A stretch of 64,000 nt of DNA from an uncultured delta proteobacterium (GTDB lineage Bacteria > Desulfobacterota > Syntrophorhabdia > Syntrophorhabdales > WCHB1-27). Location of the stretch: NCBI GenBank assembly GCA_963810935.1, contig CAWEPK010000001.1, positions 32,001 to 96,000 on the forward strand. The letters are read 5' to 3'. The first letter of the stretch is position 1, and each line of letters opens with the position of its first letter. A program made the translations under genes and the position numbers. Positions 1 through 10,527 of the stretch are shown here, piece by piece. The notes beneath the pieces were generated by a model. That model worked only from the letters and a program-made list of their open reading frames with translations. It searched no databases and was not told the origin of the DNA.

Positions 1-508
1 ACAAGAACCGCTTTGCCGTCTCCGCCCTTACCATCGCGGTGCTCGTCTGAAAGCGCAGGTGCCTGAGCAGGAGGTCTTCATAGAAGCGGTCCGATTCAAT
101 GTCTTTAGCCGCTTCCCGCCGGTAGTGCAGGTTCCCTTCAGCGTCCTCCGTGCAGGTGTCGCAAAAGACAATGCCGATATCGGGCCTGCTCAGGAGTATC
201 CCGGCCCTCATTGAGATTGCGCCGTCCAGAAGGTAGTCGTCCGCGTCGAGGAAGGCGATGAAGGTGCCGGTGGCTGCGGCGAGGCCCGCATTCCTGGCCG
301 AAGAGACTCCCCCGTTCGCTTGGTGTATGTAGGTCACGTCGAGGCCCGACCGGGCTATGACATTGCGGGTGTCGTCCGTCGAGCCGTCATCCACTACGAT
401 GATCTCCAAGGGCTTGTAATCCTGCGAGGCAAGGGAGGCGAGGGCGCGCCCGATATACCGTCCGTAGTTATAGGTAGGGATTATAATGGAGACGAGCGGG
501 TTGTCCAT
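1..508 (-). CDS. Glycosyltransferase family 2 (3' end outside window)
   Basis: Manual translation from ATG at 508: MDNPLVSIIIPTYNYGRYI...IIVVDDGSTD...GVSSARNAG...IAFLDADD, typical GT-A motifs; absent from the ORF track because it is truncated. Confidence 0.9.
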   Translation of the reverse strand, partial: MDNPLVSIIIPTYNYGRYIGRALASLASQDYKPLEIIVVDDGSTDDTRNVIARSGLDVTYIHQANGGVSSARNAGLAAATGTFIAFLDADDYLLDGAISMRAGILLSRPDIGIVFCDTCTEDAEGNLHYRREAAKDIESDRFYEDLLLRHLRFQTSTAMVRAETAKRFL

Positions 509-666
509 AGCAGATTAATGTACCTTCGGTCTTACCCGGAGTCAAATTTACCGTGCTTAATACTAGACGACCCAATCGGCGGCGTGTCAAGTGAAAGCTC
601 CCGGCCTATACATTTCAGGAGAGGGGACTTACATTGGTTAGAAAAGAAATGAGGAGGTAGGTTCTT

Positions 667-1017
667 ATGATCCACAACATGAACAGGGACGCCGAAGTGC
701 CGCGCAACGAGTGGCTCAAGTTCTTCGACCAGTTCGCGAACGGGAACCAGGGCCGTCCGGTCAGGGTGGAGACCTTCGGTGACGAGCTTGGCGCCGAGGA
801 AGTGGGTCGCTGCCTGCCGCTTTTGTCGATCAATTACGATCCGAAGGCGAAGGGTGATGCCGTCACGATATCGACGGGCCGCAGCGCGGTCGAGTACGAG
901 CACTCGGTGCCCAAGCCGAAGGAAATATGGGTGGAGCAGGGCGGATCGGGCCCCGGAAAGGCTATCGAGATCGTGAGCGAGGACGGGGCCCGCACGGTGG
1001 TCAGCTTCGAGCAGTGA
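667..1017 (+). CDS. DUF5335-like small protein
   Basis: GAGGAGGT SD upstream; 'EVPRNEWLKFFDQF...PVRVE...EYEHSVPKP.EIWVE' pattern. Confidence 0.7.
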   Translation: MIHNMNRDAEVPRNEWLKFFDQFANGNQGRPVRVETFGDELGAEEVGRCLPLLSINYDPKAKGDAVTISTGRSAVEYEHSVPKPKEIWVEQGGSGPGKAIEIVSEDGARTVVSFEQ

Positions 1018-1046
1018 GCGGCGAGGATAGCCGGCTTGAATGCCTT

Positions 1047-1115
1047 TTCCTTTTTATGAGGGGGAGGCTCAGCGAGCTTTGCTCGTGGAGGGGGCGACGC
1101 TAGCCCCAATAATTG
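1047..1115 (+). repeat. Dispersed palindromic element family A copy
   Basis: TTTTATGAGGGGGAGGCTCAGCGAGCTTTGCTCGTGGAGGGGGCGACGCTAGCCCCAATAATTG, near-identical to the copies at ~28721 and ~28846. Confidence 0.85.
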
Positions 1116-1956
1116 TCGTTTCCATCTCCGCAATCTGCTCTGCTGTCAGCGTGCACCGCTTGCGCGCCATCTCCAGGGCGACAAGGGACAAGTCCCTGTA
1201 TACCTTGTCGGGAAGGCCCGTACCGGCGATGGCCTTGAGGTGGGAGGCGACGGTGCCCACGTCCCCTCGGACAACAGGTCCGGTCAGAGAGAGGAGCGGC
1301 CCCTTTGCCTCGATATTGGCGAGGGTGGCCCTTATGATAGGGTAAAAAGGCGGCAGGTCTATGCCGATCCGCTTCATGATACCCTGGGCGCAGTAGAGCA
1401 GCGCGGACAGAAGGTTGCAGACGAAGACTGCGCAGAGGTGGTAGAGCACCTTGTCCCGGCTGTCTATGTGGACGACCTCTGCCCCTATGCTCGAGGCGAG
1501 GTGTTGAAGCGGCGGGATCGCCTTCTCGTCGCCTTCGATAAAAATATAGGTCGAGGGCAATGAGGCGATGCCTGCTTCGATGTCGGGGAACGTCTGGAGG
1601 GGATGGAGAGAGCCGAGAAGCGCCCCCTTCTCTTCTAATGGAGAAAGGTCGGACGCGCCGTGAGCGCCGCTCGTATGGAAGAACAGCTTGCCGTCGAGCC
1701 GCCCGGCTTCGTGGAAGATTTGTGCCGCCACATTGGAGATTTCCCTGTCCTGCGTTGTAACGGCGATAACGTCCGCAGCCTCGACGACCCGCATGTTGTC
1801 CTTCGTGTACAGGCAGCCTTCGCCGACGTAGCGCCCCGCGGTATCGAGGGCATCCTGCGAAAGGTCGGCGGCAGCCACCACATCGAACCCTTTGCTTTTC
1901 AGCGTGTATCCGAGAGCGCAGCCGACCTTTCCCATCCCGATCATACCGATTTTCAT
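1069..1956 (-). CDS. Rossmann-fold + DUF2520 oxidoreductase (PanG-like)
   Basis: GxGxxG (IGMGKVG), FHTSGA, SLHPLQTF, LYHL.AV..N, LTGPVVRGD motifs. Confidence 0.85.
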   Translation of the reverse strand: MKIGMIGMGKVGCALGYTLKSKGFDVVAAADLSQDALDTAGRYVGEGCLYTKDNMRVVEAADVIAVTTQDREISNVAAQIFHEAGRLDGKLFFHTSGAHGASDLSPLEEKGALLGSLHPLQTFPDIEAGIASLPSTYIFIEGDEKAIPPLQHLASSIGAEVVHIDSRDKVLYHLCAVFVCNLLSALLYCAQGIMKRIGIDLPPFYPIIRATLANIEAKGPLLSLTGPVVRGDVGTVASHLKAIAGTGLPDKVYRDLSLVALEMARKRCTLTAEQIAEMETTIIGASVAPSTSKAR

Positions 1957-4900
1957 CTGTCCAACTCCTTATTCAGCTCGTCCCATGCTCCTTTCGGCAA
2001 TTGAAAGGCGTTCCTGAGCACGTAGACCGGCCTCGATCCCACGCTCCGCACGTAGCGGGACTCGATGTGAGGGTCGCGCGCGGGGCCATTGATATCATAG
2101 ACGAAGAACAGGAAGCCGCTGGTCCGCTCCCTGACTATATTGCGTACCAGCGGCAGCAGGTCGATTACCTTGTCGAGCGTTACGAAAGGCGAGACGGTCA
2201 TCCGGCCGCTCAGTTCCTTTCCCGCCGCGTCGATGTCTCCCCGTCCGGTGATAATCATTGAAGGGCTGTCGATAAGGAAGTCGCCCGTGTGGAACTTGCC
2301 GTTATTTCCTTCGAAGGAGACGCTCAGCCTCTTGTAGGCAAGGCCCTTGCGGGTCAGGTCCACCTTTCCCGTAAAGAGGTCGTAGACGTTGGTCAGGGCG
2401 AGGATTTTCGAGATAATATTCCATCTCTTGATCACGCCGTTTTTGCTTTCGACGCTCAACCTGCCGCTTGCACCGGCGGCTATTTCTTCGGCGTCCCGCC
2501 CTGCGGACGTGATCCATCCGGATATCGACCCTGTTCCTTCCATTATGTCCGGTTTTCCCCTGAAGAGTGCCAGTGCGCCGGCCGCGGTCACGTCCGTCGC
2601 ACGCCCCGTGACCTCTATCCGCGGCATGGGAGATGCCAGGTTGGCGCTGCCTTCAAAGCAGATATCGCCCTGGGCCGTTGCCATCCGCCCCTCGGCGATG
2701 CTTAAGGTCCGCCCGGCGAAGCCGCCCTGGAGCACGAGGTTCCGTCCTGCCGCACCGTTCATGCCGACCTCGTTCGACCTGATGGTCAGACTCTCCATCC
2801 GTCCTGGCCAACAGGTTGTCCTCTCGTATTACAGGCAACCTCAAAGGCTTCGATTCCTTACGCGCGAAGTCGGCGGGGTCAAAGCGGGCCATGTCAAGGT
2901 CCAGTTTGAAGGAAGGGTGCGTGAGACCCGCGACCTGCAGCAGCCCGCGCGAGACCGCGCTCTTTCCCGAGCGGAGCCCGGTGAGGTCTACGGTGAACCT
3001 GTCCCCCTGGAAGGCGCAGAAAAGGTCGATGCCGGTCAACGGATTGACGAGGGCCGGGGGATGAAGCGCTCCGTTCTTTAACGAGAGATAACCGTTCAGC
3101 CTGGGCAGGCGCGTCGCCGGCAGCGGCATGTCGCCGATGGTGAAATCTGCCCGGAGGTCGCCCCGGGGCTCGTCTTCACCAAAAAAAAAGAGGCCGGAGA
3201 GGGCCTCGACATTAGGCACGTAAAGATCTACATGCATCTCCGATATTTTTTCCCTGCCGAAGCTGCCGGTCAAAGAGGCATTGAGCGGACCGAGGGTATA
3301 GGCGAGGTTGTCGACCACAACGTCGCCCCGCCCGTCCAGGTGCAGGCGGAACGAAGCAGCGCTTTCTATCCCCCTCGTTTTCCTTGCCACGTGGGGTACG
3401 TCGAAGGAGAGGTCCTTCATAGCAAGGTTCCCGTCGGCCCTGAGCCTGCCGTCTTCCACGGCGAAATCGCCGCGAACGCCGACTGTGCCGCGCAGGTCGT
3501 ACGCTACGCCCAGAAGGGACTCAATCCGGTCGGCTTCGACCGTACCTTCCACCTGCATGTCGGCCGAGTCTTTACGGGCCTTGCCTTTAAGGACGAGCTG
3601 GGTGCCTGCCTTGCCTATGACGAGCGGCGCAAGTGTCACCTCGCCGTTTTTGAACGAATAACCGCCTGACGCCTCAAGGGCCATGCGGCGGAAAAGGAAC
3701 CTGGCGTCGTGCAGTCTCCCTGTCCCTTCCAGGTTGAAGCCCTGGCCCTCTCTTCCTGAAATCAGGACCTCGCCCTCGGTCAGGCCGGAAAGCACACGGA
3801 CGGCCCCCTTCCCGGCGAGCTTCGACAACTCGGCAAGGTTCAGCGAGAAGACCCCGCTAATCCTGACGTCCCGGTCGAGTTTCAACGGGAGCAGGCCGTT
3901 GACTTCCGATATCCGTCCCTCCGCCAGCCTTCCCTCGAAGCCGTCGAGGGTAAGGGCCGTACCGTCTGCCTGGAGAGAGCCGGCGACGTCAGTGAAGCAT
4001 ACGCGGCCGTCGCCCACGTTCACGTCGCGCACGTCTATCCTTGCGGTGACAGGCGAGCCGCGCCGGTAAGCGAAGTTGTGTATTGTCATGCGCCCGCCCT
4101 TGATGAAAAAGAGTGGGCCCCATTCTCCCTCCGAAAGCACTTCGGGGTTTATGTATTCCAGCACGTCCGTTATTGACATGGAGTCCGTCCGCAGATCGAG
4201 GCTGTACATTCTCTTCGAATCGGCGGTAAAGTGCAGAAAGATGGGCGTGCCTTTGAAGGCCAGCTCCGTCAGTGTGACGTCGCAGAGATCGCCTTTCCTG
4301 TCGATATGAATGTGGCACTCGTTGTGGGTGGGGCTGAGCCGTTTCTTGAGAAAGTCTTCCATAATGGAGAAATAGGACGCCGTCACCCTGCCGTCCATCA
4401 CTAAACGGCCGTCCTTGAACGCGTAAGTGCCTTCCGTATCGGTCAGCCCTTCGTAATTTTTTAGGACCTTGTCCATGTGGACGGCCGAAAGGCGGTACTC
4501 GCCTTTTAAGTCGGAGCGCAGATCGGGGAAGAGAATGCCGGTGCCCTTGGTCTTCAGATTTCCGACGCCGTCGACGCCGCCGTCTATGCTGAATTCAAGT
4601 GTCCCGCCCGTATTGAAGTTCGATACGGTCAGCTCGCGCAGCGTATACTTGTGGCCCTCGTAATCGACCCGTCCGTTTGCGATCCGCGCAAACTCGACGG
4701 GCACGGGATAGAAGACGAAGTGCGCCTTCTCTTTTTTCATCGTTATGTCGAAGTCGGAGATCTCGAAGTATTTGACGTAGGCGCCCCTGGAGGGCTTGAG
4801 CCGCAGCTCGCATTTGCGGACGGTCCCCGAGATCCTTCCCTTCATCTTTACGTTGTTGAGCTTGAAGACGAGGAGGCCGCCACGGAACGCCACACTCGAC

Positions 4901-5037
4901 CCTTCCGCCTCCACCGTGCCGCCGACCGCCTTTCCGAGCAGGTTGAAGGCTATTTTCGGTAAGTAAAGCCAGGCGGAGACCACAAGCCCGCCGATGAGGG
5001 CTGCTGCAACGATGGATATGACAAGCGCTTTCTTCAT
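1953..5037 (-). pseudogene. AsmA/YhdP-like periplasmic bridge protein, split by a 1-nt frameshift near 2790 (possible sequencing error)
   Basis: ORF from MKKALVISIV (N-terminal TM, beta-rich) and ORF 1953..2798 (AsmA_2-like C-terminus) join in frame if the A at 2790 is removed (…RTDGELTIRS…). Confidence 0.8.
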
Positions 5038-5750
5038 TAAGGTGTTCTTGCGAGGGCGAAGAAGTATATCGTACGCGTCTTTGCGCGTAGGAGCGCCCTG
5101 CAAGCCTCCCGTGCCGTGTTACCAGTCGTGTAGAGATCGTCAACCACGAGAAGGCGCAGGCCCGCTACGCCGGCAGCGGCGGAGAAGGCGCCCCGGATAT
5201 TCCTTTTCCTCTCTTTTTTCGACAGGGTGTACTGGTCTTCGGTCTGTCTCACCTTGACGAGGCTCTCGCAGTCTACAGGTGCGCCGAGAGAGCGGGATAG
5301 CTCCTCTGCGATGATGAAAGACTGGTTGAAGCCCCGCGCCTTGAGTCTCCTTTCCGTCACCGGCATGGGCACGATGGCATCTATGGCGCCTGTCAGGGCG
5401 CTTACTGCGCCACCCCCGGCAATGCGCGCGAGCATCCTTCCCACGTCCGTCCTTCCCCTGAATTTGAAGGCGTGTATGGCCTCTCTCATCGCTCCCTCGA
5501 ACGAAAAACCGTAAAACCCCTTCTCAAAATAGGTGCGCTGCGAGATGCACTCCCCGCAGAGGCCTTCCGTGCCCGTCCGCATGCCGCATATGGGGCAGAC
5601 GAACGGCGGGTCGAGGGACACCAGGGATTGGCGGCAGGCGCTGCAAAGTATCTCGCCGTGGCCACCGCAGCCTCCGCAATGGGTCGGATAGACGAGGTCC
5701 AGGACGGGCTTTAGAATTTCACGCGCCGTACTTATCAAGTTTCGAACCAT
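5037..5750 (-). CDS. comF: ComF family phosphoribosyltransferase-like protein with double zinc ribbon
   Basis: Four CxxC-type motifs, RGFNQS, LLVVDDLYTTGNT. Confidence 0.9.
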   Translation of the reverse strand: MVRNLISTAREILKPVLDLVYPTHCGGCGGHGEILCSACRQSLVSLDPPFVCPICGMRTGTEGLCGECISQRTYFEKGFYGFSFEGAMREAIHAFKFRGRTDVGRMLARIAGGGAVSALTGAIDAIVPMPVTERRLKARGFNQSFIIAEELSRSLGAPVDCESLVKVRQTEDQYTLSKKERKRNIRGAFSAAAGVAGLRLLVVDDLYTTGNTAREACRALLRAKTRTIYFFALARTP

Positions 5751-6912
5751 AAGCGAGGGCAAGCGTCATCAGCTCTTTCGCGTATATCGTACCGAGGCTG
5801 CCTTTGAGGCAGTTCTTCTCGTGAAAAGGCAGGCCGTCCGTCTCGCCGGTCCTGCCGGCGATAAGCAGCGGCACAGGGTGCCAGCTATGTCCCTTGAGCG
5901 GGCATGGGGTCGAGTGGTCGCCCGTAATTACGAGCACCGTAGGGTCGAGGGCGCATATATCCGGCAATACGCGGTCGAATTGTTCGATGGCTTTTGTCTT
6001 TTCCTCGAAATTGCCGTCTTCCCCGGCAACGTCCGTCTCCTTGACGTGCATGAAGAAGAATTGGTAGCTGCCGTAATGCTCCTTCAGGACTGCGATCATG
6101 TCATCGTAGTCGCGCGGTACCTTCTCCACGCTCATGCCGAGCACCTTTGCGAGGCCCCGGTACATGGGGTAGGTGGCGATAGCAAGGCTTGCCATGCGGT
6201 ATTTTTCCGGAAAGAGTGTTATGTCCGGCCTTTTGGAAAAACCCCGCAGGAGCACGGCGTTCGCCTTGCCCTCCGCCTTGAGCACCTCCTGCGCTTTTTC
6301 GAGGAATGTGTTGACGATGCGGGCCGTCGCTTTGGCCGAGGCCGATTTGGGCTCGGCGAATGCGAAGGCTTTCTGCTCCTTGTGCGGATCGGCGTCTTCC
6401 ATCTCGTCCGAGAGCCCCTCGCCGCTGAATATCACGCCGAACCTGTGCGAGACCCCCGGCTCGATCTTCACGGCTATACCCTCGATCTCAGGGATCTCAT
6501 TCGACATCTTCTCACAGAGGCGCCTGGTGATGGCCGTCTCCACCCTGCCAGCGCGCCGGTCCACTACGATCCCGTCCCTGACGGTCGCAAAGTTGCCCCG
6601 CGCGGCAACGTCGTTCGGCCCTAGGTCCATGTCTAATCCGAGCACCTCGAGTATGCCCCTGCCTATCTCTACGCTCGATGGATCGTATCCGAAGAGGCTC
6701 AGGTGGCCCGGCCCGCTGCCCGGCGTGACGCCGATGCCCACCGGGATAGTGCGGCCGAGGCTTCCCCTTTCAACGGCAAGCCTGTCCATATTGGGCTTCT
6801 TGGCCGCCTCAAGCGGCGTAAGGTGCGAGTGGTCCGGATTCGGGATGTCGCCCAGGCCGTCGAAAACGAGGAAGATCACCTTGTTGTCGTTTGAAAGCAC
6901 GGTGCCTGTCAC
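5719..6912 (-). CDS. apgM: 2,3-bisphosphoglycerate-independent phosphoglycerate mutase (ApgM/archaeal type)
   Basis: DGLGD, TPLEAA, TPGSGPGHLSLFGYDP, DRRAGR, TGDHSTP, HSWHPVP. Confidence 0.9.
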   Translation of the reverse strand: MTGTVLSNDNKVIFLVFDGLGDIPNPDHSHLTPLEAAKKPNMDRLAVERGSLGRTIPVGIGVTPGSGPGHLSLFGYDPSSVEIGRGILEVLGLDMDLGPNDVAARGNFATVRDGIVVDRRAGRVETAITRRLCEKMSNEIPEIEGIAVKIEPGVSHRFGVIFSGEGLSDEMEDADPHKEQKAFAFAEPKSASAKATARIVNTFLEKAQEVLKAEGKANAVLLRGFSKRPDITLFPEKYRMASLAIATYPMYRGLAKVLGMSVEKVPRDYDDMIAVLKEHYGSYQFFFMHVKETDVAGEDGNFEEKTKAIEQFDRVLPDICALDPTVLVITGDHSTPCPLKGHSWHPVPLLIAGRTGETDGLPFHEKNCLKGSLGTIYAKELMTLALAYGSKLDKYGA

Positions 6913-8270
6913 GTCGTTGCCTCCCAGCTCTCCTCGTAAAGTATCCGCAGGTCTTCGGCCTCCTTCACGAAGAGTCCGTCCTGTTTTATGTTGATCGTGT
7001 TCCAGTTATAGCAGTTCTCGCAAAAGTCGGACCATTCTGCCTTAACCGCGTTGCACTTGACACAATAGAAGGGCAGGTAGACTTGGTTCATGGGAAAGGC
7101 AAGCCCGAATTCCTTGACCGCCTCGGCCAGCTTGCCCCTGTGGATGTAGGCCTCCGCCATGGCCCGATGCAGCCCCCTGAATTCTTTTTCGTCGGCGAGG
7201 AGCGTGGTAAGGATGTCGGTGGCCTCGTCGATCATCTCCAGCTTCAGGCAGAGCCGCGCGTATAGAAACATGAGGAGCTGGTTCTTCGGCGCGACGTCCA
7301 TGAGCCTGCGGTAGATCTTCAGGATGACGCCCGGCTCCCTCTTACCCAGATAGAGGTCTTCCATCTGGCTGAGGAAAATGACGTGGCCCGTTTTTGCAAA
7401 GCCCCTTCCGTACACCCGGCCCGCGTCATTCAGCTTGTTCGTCTTCCTGTATATGGCGCCGGAAAGGATATAAGCGGGGATAAAGCGCTTGAAGTCGCCT
7501 ATAAGCTCCCGCAGGTTCTTGAGCACCTGGTCGTAAAGCCTGGGGTCTTCCCTCAGGAAAAGCTCCTTGGCATTTGCGTATTTCAGCCCGGCCAGTCGCA
7601 GGTCCTCATCGGGGGTCTTTATCTGCTTGCGTATCTTCTCCTGTATCTCCAGCGCCTCCGGCCACGCCTTCCGGCCGATATAGACGTCGCGCAGGGCGCC
7701 CATCGCCTCAAGGCTTCCCTCCCTGACCTTCAGCAGGTCTTTCAGGTCTCGCTCTACCGCGCCCATGTCCTGCTGCGCCCGGTGGACCTGCGCCTTCTTG
7801 AGCATAACGTGCTCGGTCTTGCCGATGTGCGCTTCCGCGAGGTCGAGGATACCCGCGGCCCTTGCCGGCTCGCCCCTTGACGCGTGCATGTCGGCGTAAG
7901 CAAGATACGCCTCCTCCATATCGGGAACGGCCTTGAGAACGCGGTTGAAGTTTTCAACGGCTTTATCGATGTCGCCCTTCATCTCGTAGAGCTTGGCCTT
8001 ATCGAAGAACTCGATGGCCTCGTTCCTTTCCCTGTCTTTTCTCTCTCTGCGCCATTTTGCTATGCCCCGCCTGGCGTCGCCGAAGAAGCTGGCGACTATG
8101 GAAACGATCACGCCCAGCACGAAAGACGCAGCTATGTAATTCGTGACCGTCGTCTCGAACGGCCTGCCGAAGCCGACCTCCAGCCTGACCTTGTCCGAGT
8201 TCAGAAAAGAGAGCATGACGTAGGCAATGAAAAACAAGAGAAAGAAAAGCAGCGAGATTTTATACTTCAT
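6909..8270 (-). CDS. LapA-domain + TPR + C-terminal rubredoxin-like protein (LapA/LapB-like fusion)
   Basis: Two N-terminal TM segments, TPR-like helices, C-terminal CxxC...CxxC..W. Confidence 0.75.
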   Translation of the reverse strand: MKYKISLLFFLLFFIAYVMLSFLNSDKVRLEVGFGRPFETTVTNYIAASFVLGVIVSIVASFFGDARRGIAKWRRERKDRERNEAIEFFDKAKLYEMKGDIDKAVENFNRVLKAVPDMEEAYLAYADMHASRGEPARAAGILDLAEAHIGKTEHVMLKKAQVHRAQQDMGAVERDLKDLLKVREGSLEAMGALRDVYIGRKAWPEALEIQEKIRKQIKTPDEDLRLAGLKYANAKELFLREDPRLYDQVLKNLRELIGDFKRFIPAYILSGAIYRKTNKLNDAGRVYGRGFAKTGHVIFLSQMEDLYLGKREPGVILKIYRRLMDVAPKNQLLMFLYARLCLKLEMIDEATDILTTLLADEKEFRGLHRAMAEAYIHRGKLAEAVKEFGLAFPMNQVYLPFYCVKCNAVKAEWSDFCENCYNWNTINIKQDGLFVKEAEDLRILYEESWEATT

Positions 8271-8274
8271 CGGC

Positions 8275-9564
8275 TTATATCCCCTTCTCTTCGATCATCC
8301 TCTTGCATGTAATGCAGTAACGGGCAACGGGGTTTGCCTCGAGCCGCTTCTCATTTATGGGCTCGTCGCATTCCTCGCATATCCCGTAAGTGCCGTTCGC
8401 GATTTTGTCCAGCGCTGAATCGATCTCCTTGACCATGTTCCTTTCGTTGTCGGAAAGGCTCATGAGGATATCGGCATTGTACGCGTTGCTTGCCGCATCG
8501 GCCATGTCCTGGATGCCATCGGTGCCGAGCGTATAGGAATACTCCTTCAGCTTCTTGGCCTTATCAAGGATAGCTTCCCTTTGTTTCAATAGTTTTCTCT
8601 TGAAGTACTCGAGCCTCTCCTTGTTCATTAAGACACTCCTGTGCTCATCAATTATGTCGCCGGTCTCCACTATGCGTTCTTCCTTAGGAGGGCCTACGTG
8701 CGTTACTGGTGCAGCAGCCCTGCCGGTCTCCGGGATACGCCTTTCCTCGGGAGCGCTTATCGGTTTTTCCGGTATTGGGGTCCTAACGGTGACCGGCGCC
8801 GGTGCTTGTTTGGCGGCGGCCTTGGGCGCCGCCGGTTTCGCGGCCTCTACAGGCGCCGCCGCGCGTTTTTCCATGACAGGGGCCTTTACGGCCGCCGCCG
8901 GGGGCGCTTTCGGCTTCGCGATGCTTTTCGCCGCGACCGGCTTTGCGGTCTTAACCGACGAAACCGGGTGTTTTTCTTTCGCAGCGATTTTCGGCTTTAC
9001 CGCCTTCGCGGCAACCCTTGCTGTGACTGGTGCGCGCACAGCCTTGGCGCCGGCAGCGCCTTTGCCTGCCTTCGGTTTTGCGGCCTTAACTGCCGAAACC
9101 GGGCGCTTTTCCTTAGGACGGCTTGTCACCGGCGCTTTTTTGGCAGCTTTGCCGGGTACCGCCGGGTGTTTTCCCTTCGCAGCGATTTTCGGCTTTACCG
9201 GCTTCGCGGCCTTGGCCGTCATTGCCTTCCGGGCCGGTTTGGAAGCGCCCTTAGCTTCCTTAGGCTTTGCAGGCTTGACCGCCGGGACCGGACGCTTTTC
9301 TTTAGGACGGTTTTTCACCGGTGCCTTTTTGGCGCCCTTAACGGCGGCGGCCGCCCGCACAGCCCCGGCCTTTGGAGCGCCTTTCGCTGCGACCGGCTTC
9401 ACGGCCCTGGTGGTAACTACCTTCCGGGCCGGTTTGGAAGCGCCCTTAGCTTCCTTAGGCTTTGCAGACTTGACCGCCGGGACCGGGCGCTTTTCCTTCG
9501 CAGGGCTTCTTCGTGCCGTTGCTCTGCCGCCTATTCCACCGTGTGTCGCTTTGCCTCTAGCCAT
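8275..9564 (-). CDS. dksA: DksA/TraR C4 zinc-finger protein with long Lys/Ala/Pro-rich N-terminal extension
   Basis: C-terminal DMADAAS (DxxDxA), GTYGICEECDEPI..KRLEANP.ARYCITCK; N-terminal PAK-rich repeats. Confidence 0.85.
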   Translation of the reverse strand: MARGKATHGGIGGRATARRSPAKEKRPVPAVKSAKPKEAKGASKPARKVVTTRAVKPVAAKGAPKAGAVRAAAAVKGAKKAPVKNRPKEKRPVPAVKPAKPKEAKGASKPARKAMTAKAAKPVKPKIAAKGKHPAVPGKAAKKAPVTSRPKEKRPVSAVKAAKPKAGKGAAGAKAVRAPVTARVAAKAVKPKIAAKEKHPVSSVKTAKPVAAKSIAKPKAPPAAAVKAPVMEKRAAAPVEAAKPAAPKAAAKQAPAPVTVRTPIPEKPISAPEERRIPETGRAAAPVTHVGPPKEERIVETGDIIDEHRSVLMNKERLEYFKRKLLKQREAILDKAKKLKEYSYTLGTDGIQDMADAASNAYNADILMSLSDNERNMVKEIDSALDKIANGTYGICEECDEPINEKRLEANPVARYCITCKRMIEEKGI

Positions 9565-9872
9565 AGGCTCTCCAGGTCGTACATTTCTCGCAGCGATTCG
9601 AGGAAAACGTGGACGATCACGTCTCCATAGTCAATTATGACCCATCGCCCCTCGTCGTAACCTTCCATGGAGGAAGGGCTTACGCCCTTTTCCTTCATGT
9701 CGTGCTCGACCGCCCCCGCTATCGTCTTTACGTGGCGTTCGCTGGCGCCGCTCGCCAGAACGAAAAAGTCTGCGATATCGGTCAGTCCCGAAAGCTCCAG
9801 TACTACAACGTCCCTGGCCTTTTTTTCAGACGCCGCCCTTCCTGCGTGACCTGCCCTTTCGCTCGTTTCCAC
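9531..9872 (-). CDS. rsfS: Ribosome silencing factor
   Basis: KKARDVVVL, ADFFVLASG.SERHV, WVIIDYGDVIVHVF, YDLESLW. Confidence 0.93.
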   Translation of the reverse strand: METSERAGHAGRAASEKKARDVVVLELSGLTDIADFFVLASGASERHVKTIAGAVEHDMKEKGVSPSSMEGYDEGRWVIIDYGDVIVHVFLESLREMYDLESLWLEAKRHTVE

Positions 9873-10498
9873 TATCCTCCGTACAATCCTCTGCTGATAA
9901 TATACCGCTCTACCGTGCTCGGCACCAAATACTTTATCGACTTCCCCTCACGCGCAAGCTCCCTTATCCGGGTGGAAGAGACGTCGAGCTGCGTTATGTC
10001 CAGTAGATAAATGCGCCTGCCCGACGTGTGTTCGTAAGTCGCCTTGCCTGCCTTGCGCACCTGTTTCTTCAGCGCCTCAGGAAAACCCCTGAACACCCTG
10101 CCCGGCCTTACCATTACCACGATCTCCGCGGAAGAGATCAATTCCGCCCAATCCTTCCACCGGCCGATCTCAAGGAAGGCGTCCATACCCATAATGAAGT
10201 ATATCTGCCCGAACCTCCTGGCAAAATACCTGACCGTATCGATAGAGTAAGAGATGCCGCCTCTTTGGATCTCTATCGTGGACGCCCGGAAGAACGTATT
10301 CCCCGCCAGGGACATCTTGAGCATGCGGACCCTGTCCTCGGCGCCCGCACAGTCGGCCGACAGCTTCAGCGGCTGGACCCTGGCCGGCACGAAATATACC
10401 TTGTCCAGGGAGAAGGTCTCCCGCACCTCTTCGGCGACCCTGAGATGGCCGATATGCACCGGGTCGAAAGTCCCCCCAAATACCCCTATTGCCACCAA
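9872..10498 (-). CDS. nadD: Nicotinate-nucleotide adenylyltransferase
   Basis: GGTFDPVHIGH, SYSIDT, VSSTRIR. Confidence 0.95.
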   Translation of the reverse strand: MVAIGVFGGTFDPVHIGHLRVAEEVRETFSLDKVYFVPARVQPLKLSADCAGAEDRVRMLKMSLAGNTFFRASTIEIQRGGISYSIDTVRYFARRFGQIYFIMGMDAFLEIGRWKDWAELISSAEIVVMVRPGRVFRGFPEALKKQVRKAGKATYEHTSGRRIYLLDITQLDVSSTRIRELAREGKSIKYLVPSTVERYIISRGLYGG

Positions 10499-10527
10499 CC
10501 CACCTTAAAACCCCATTACGCTGCTAT

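Noticed and set aside
8555..9640. Long + strand ORFs (361 and 329 aa)
   Set aside because: Antisense shadows of the low-complexity dksA extension
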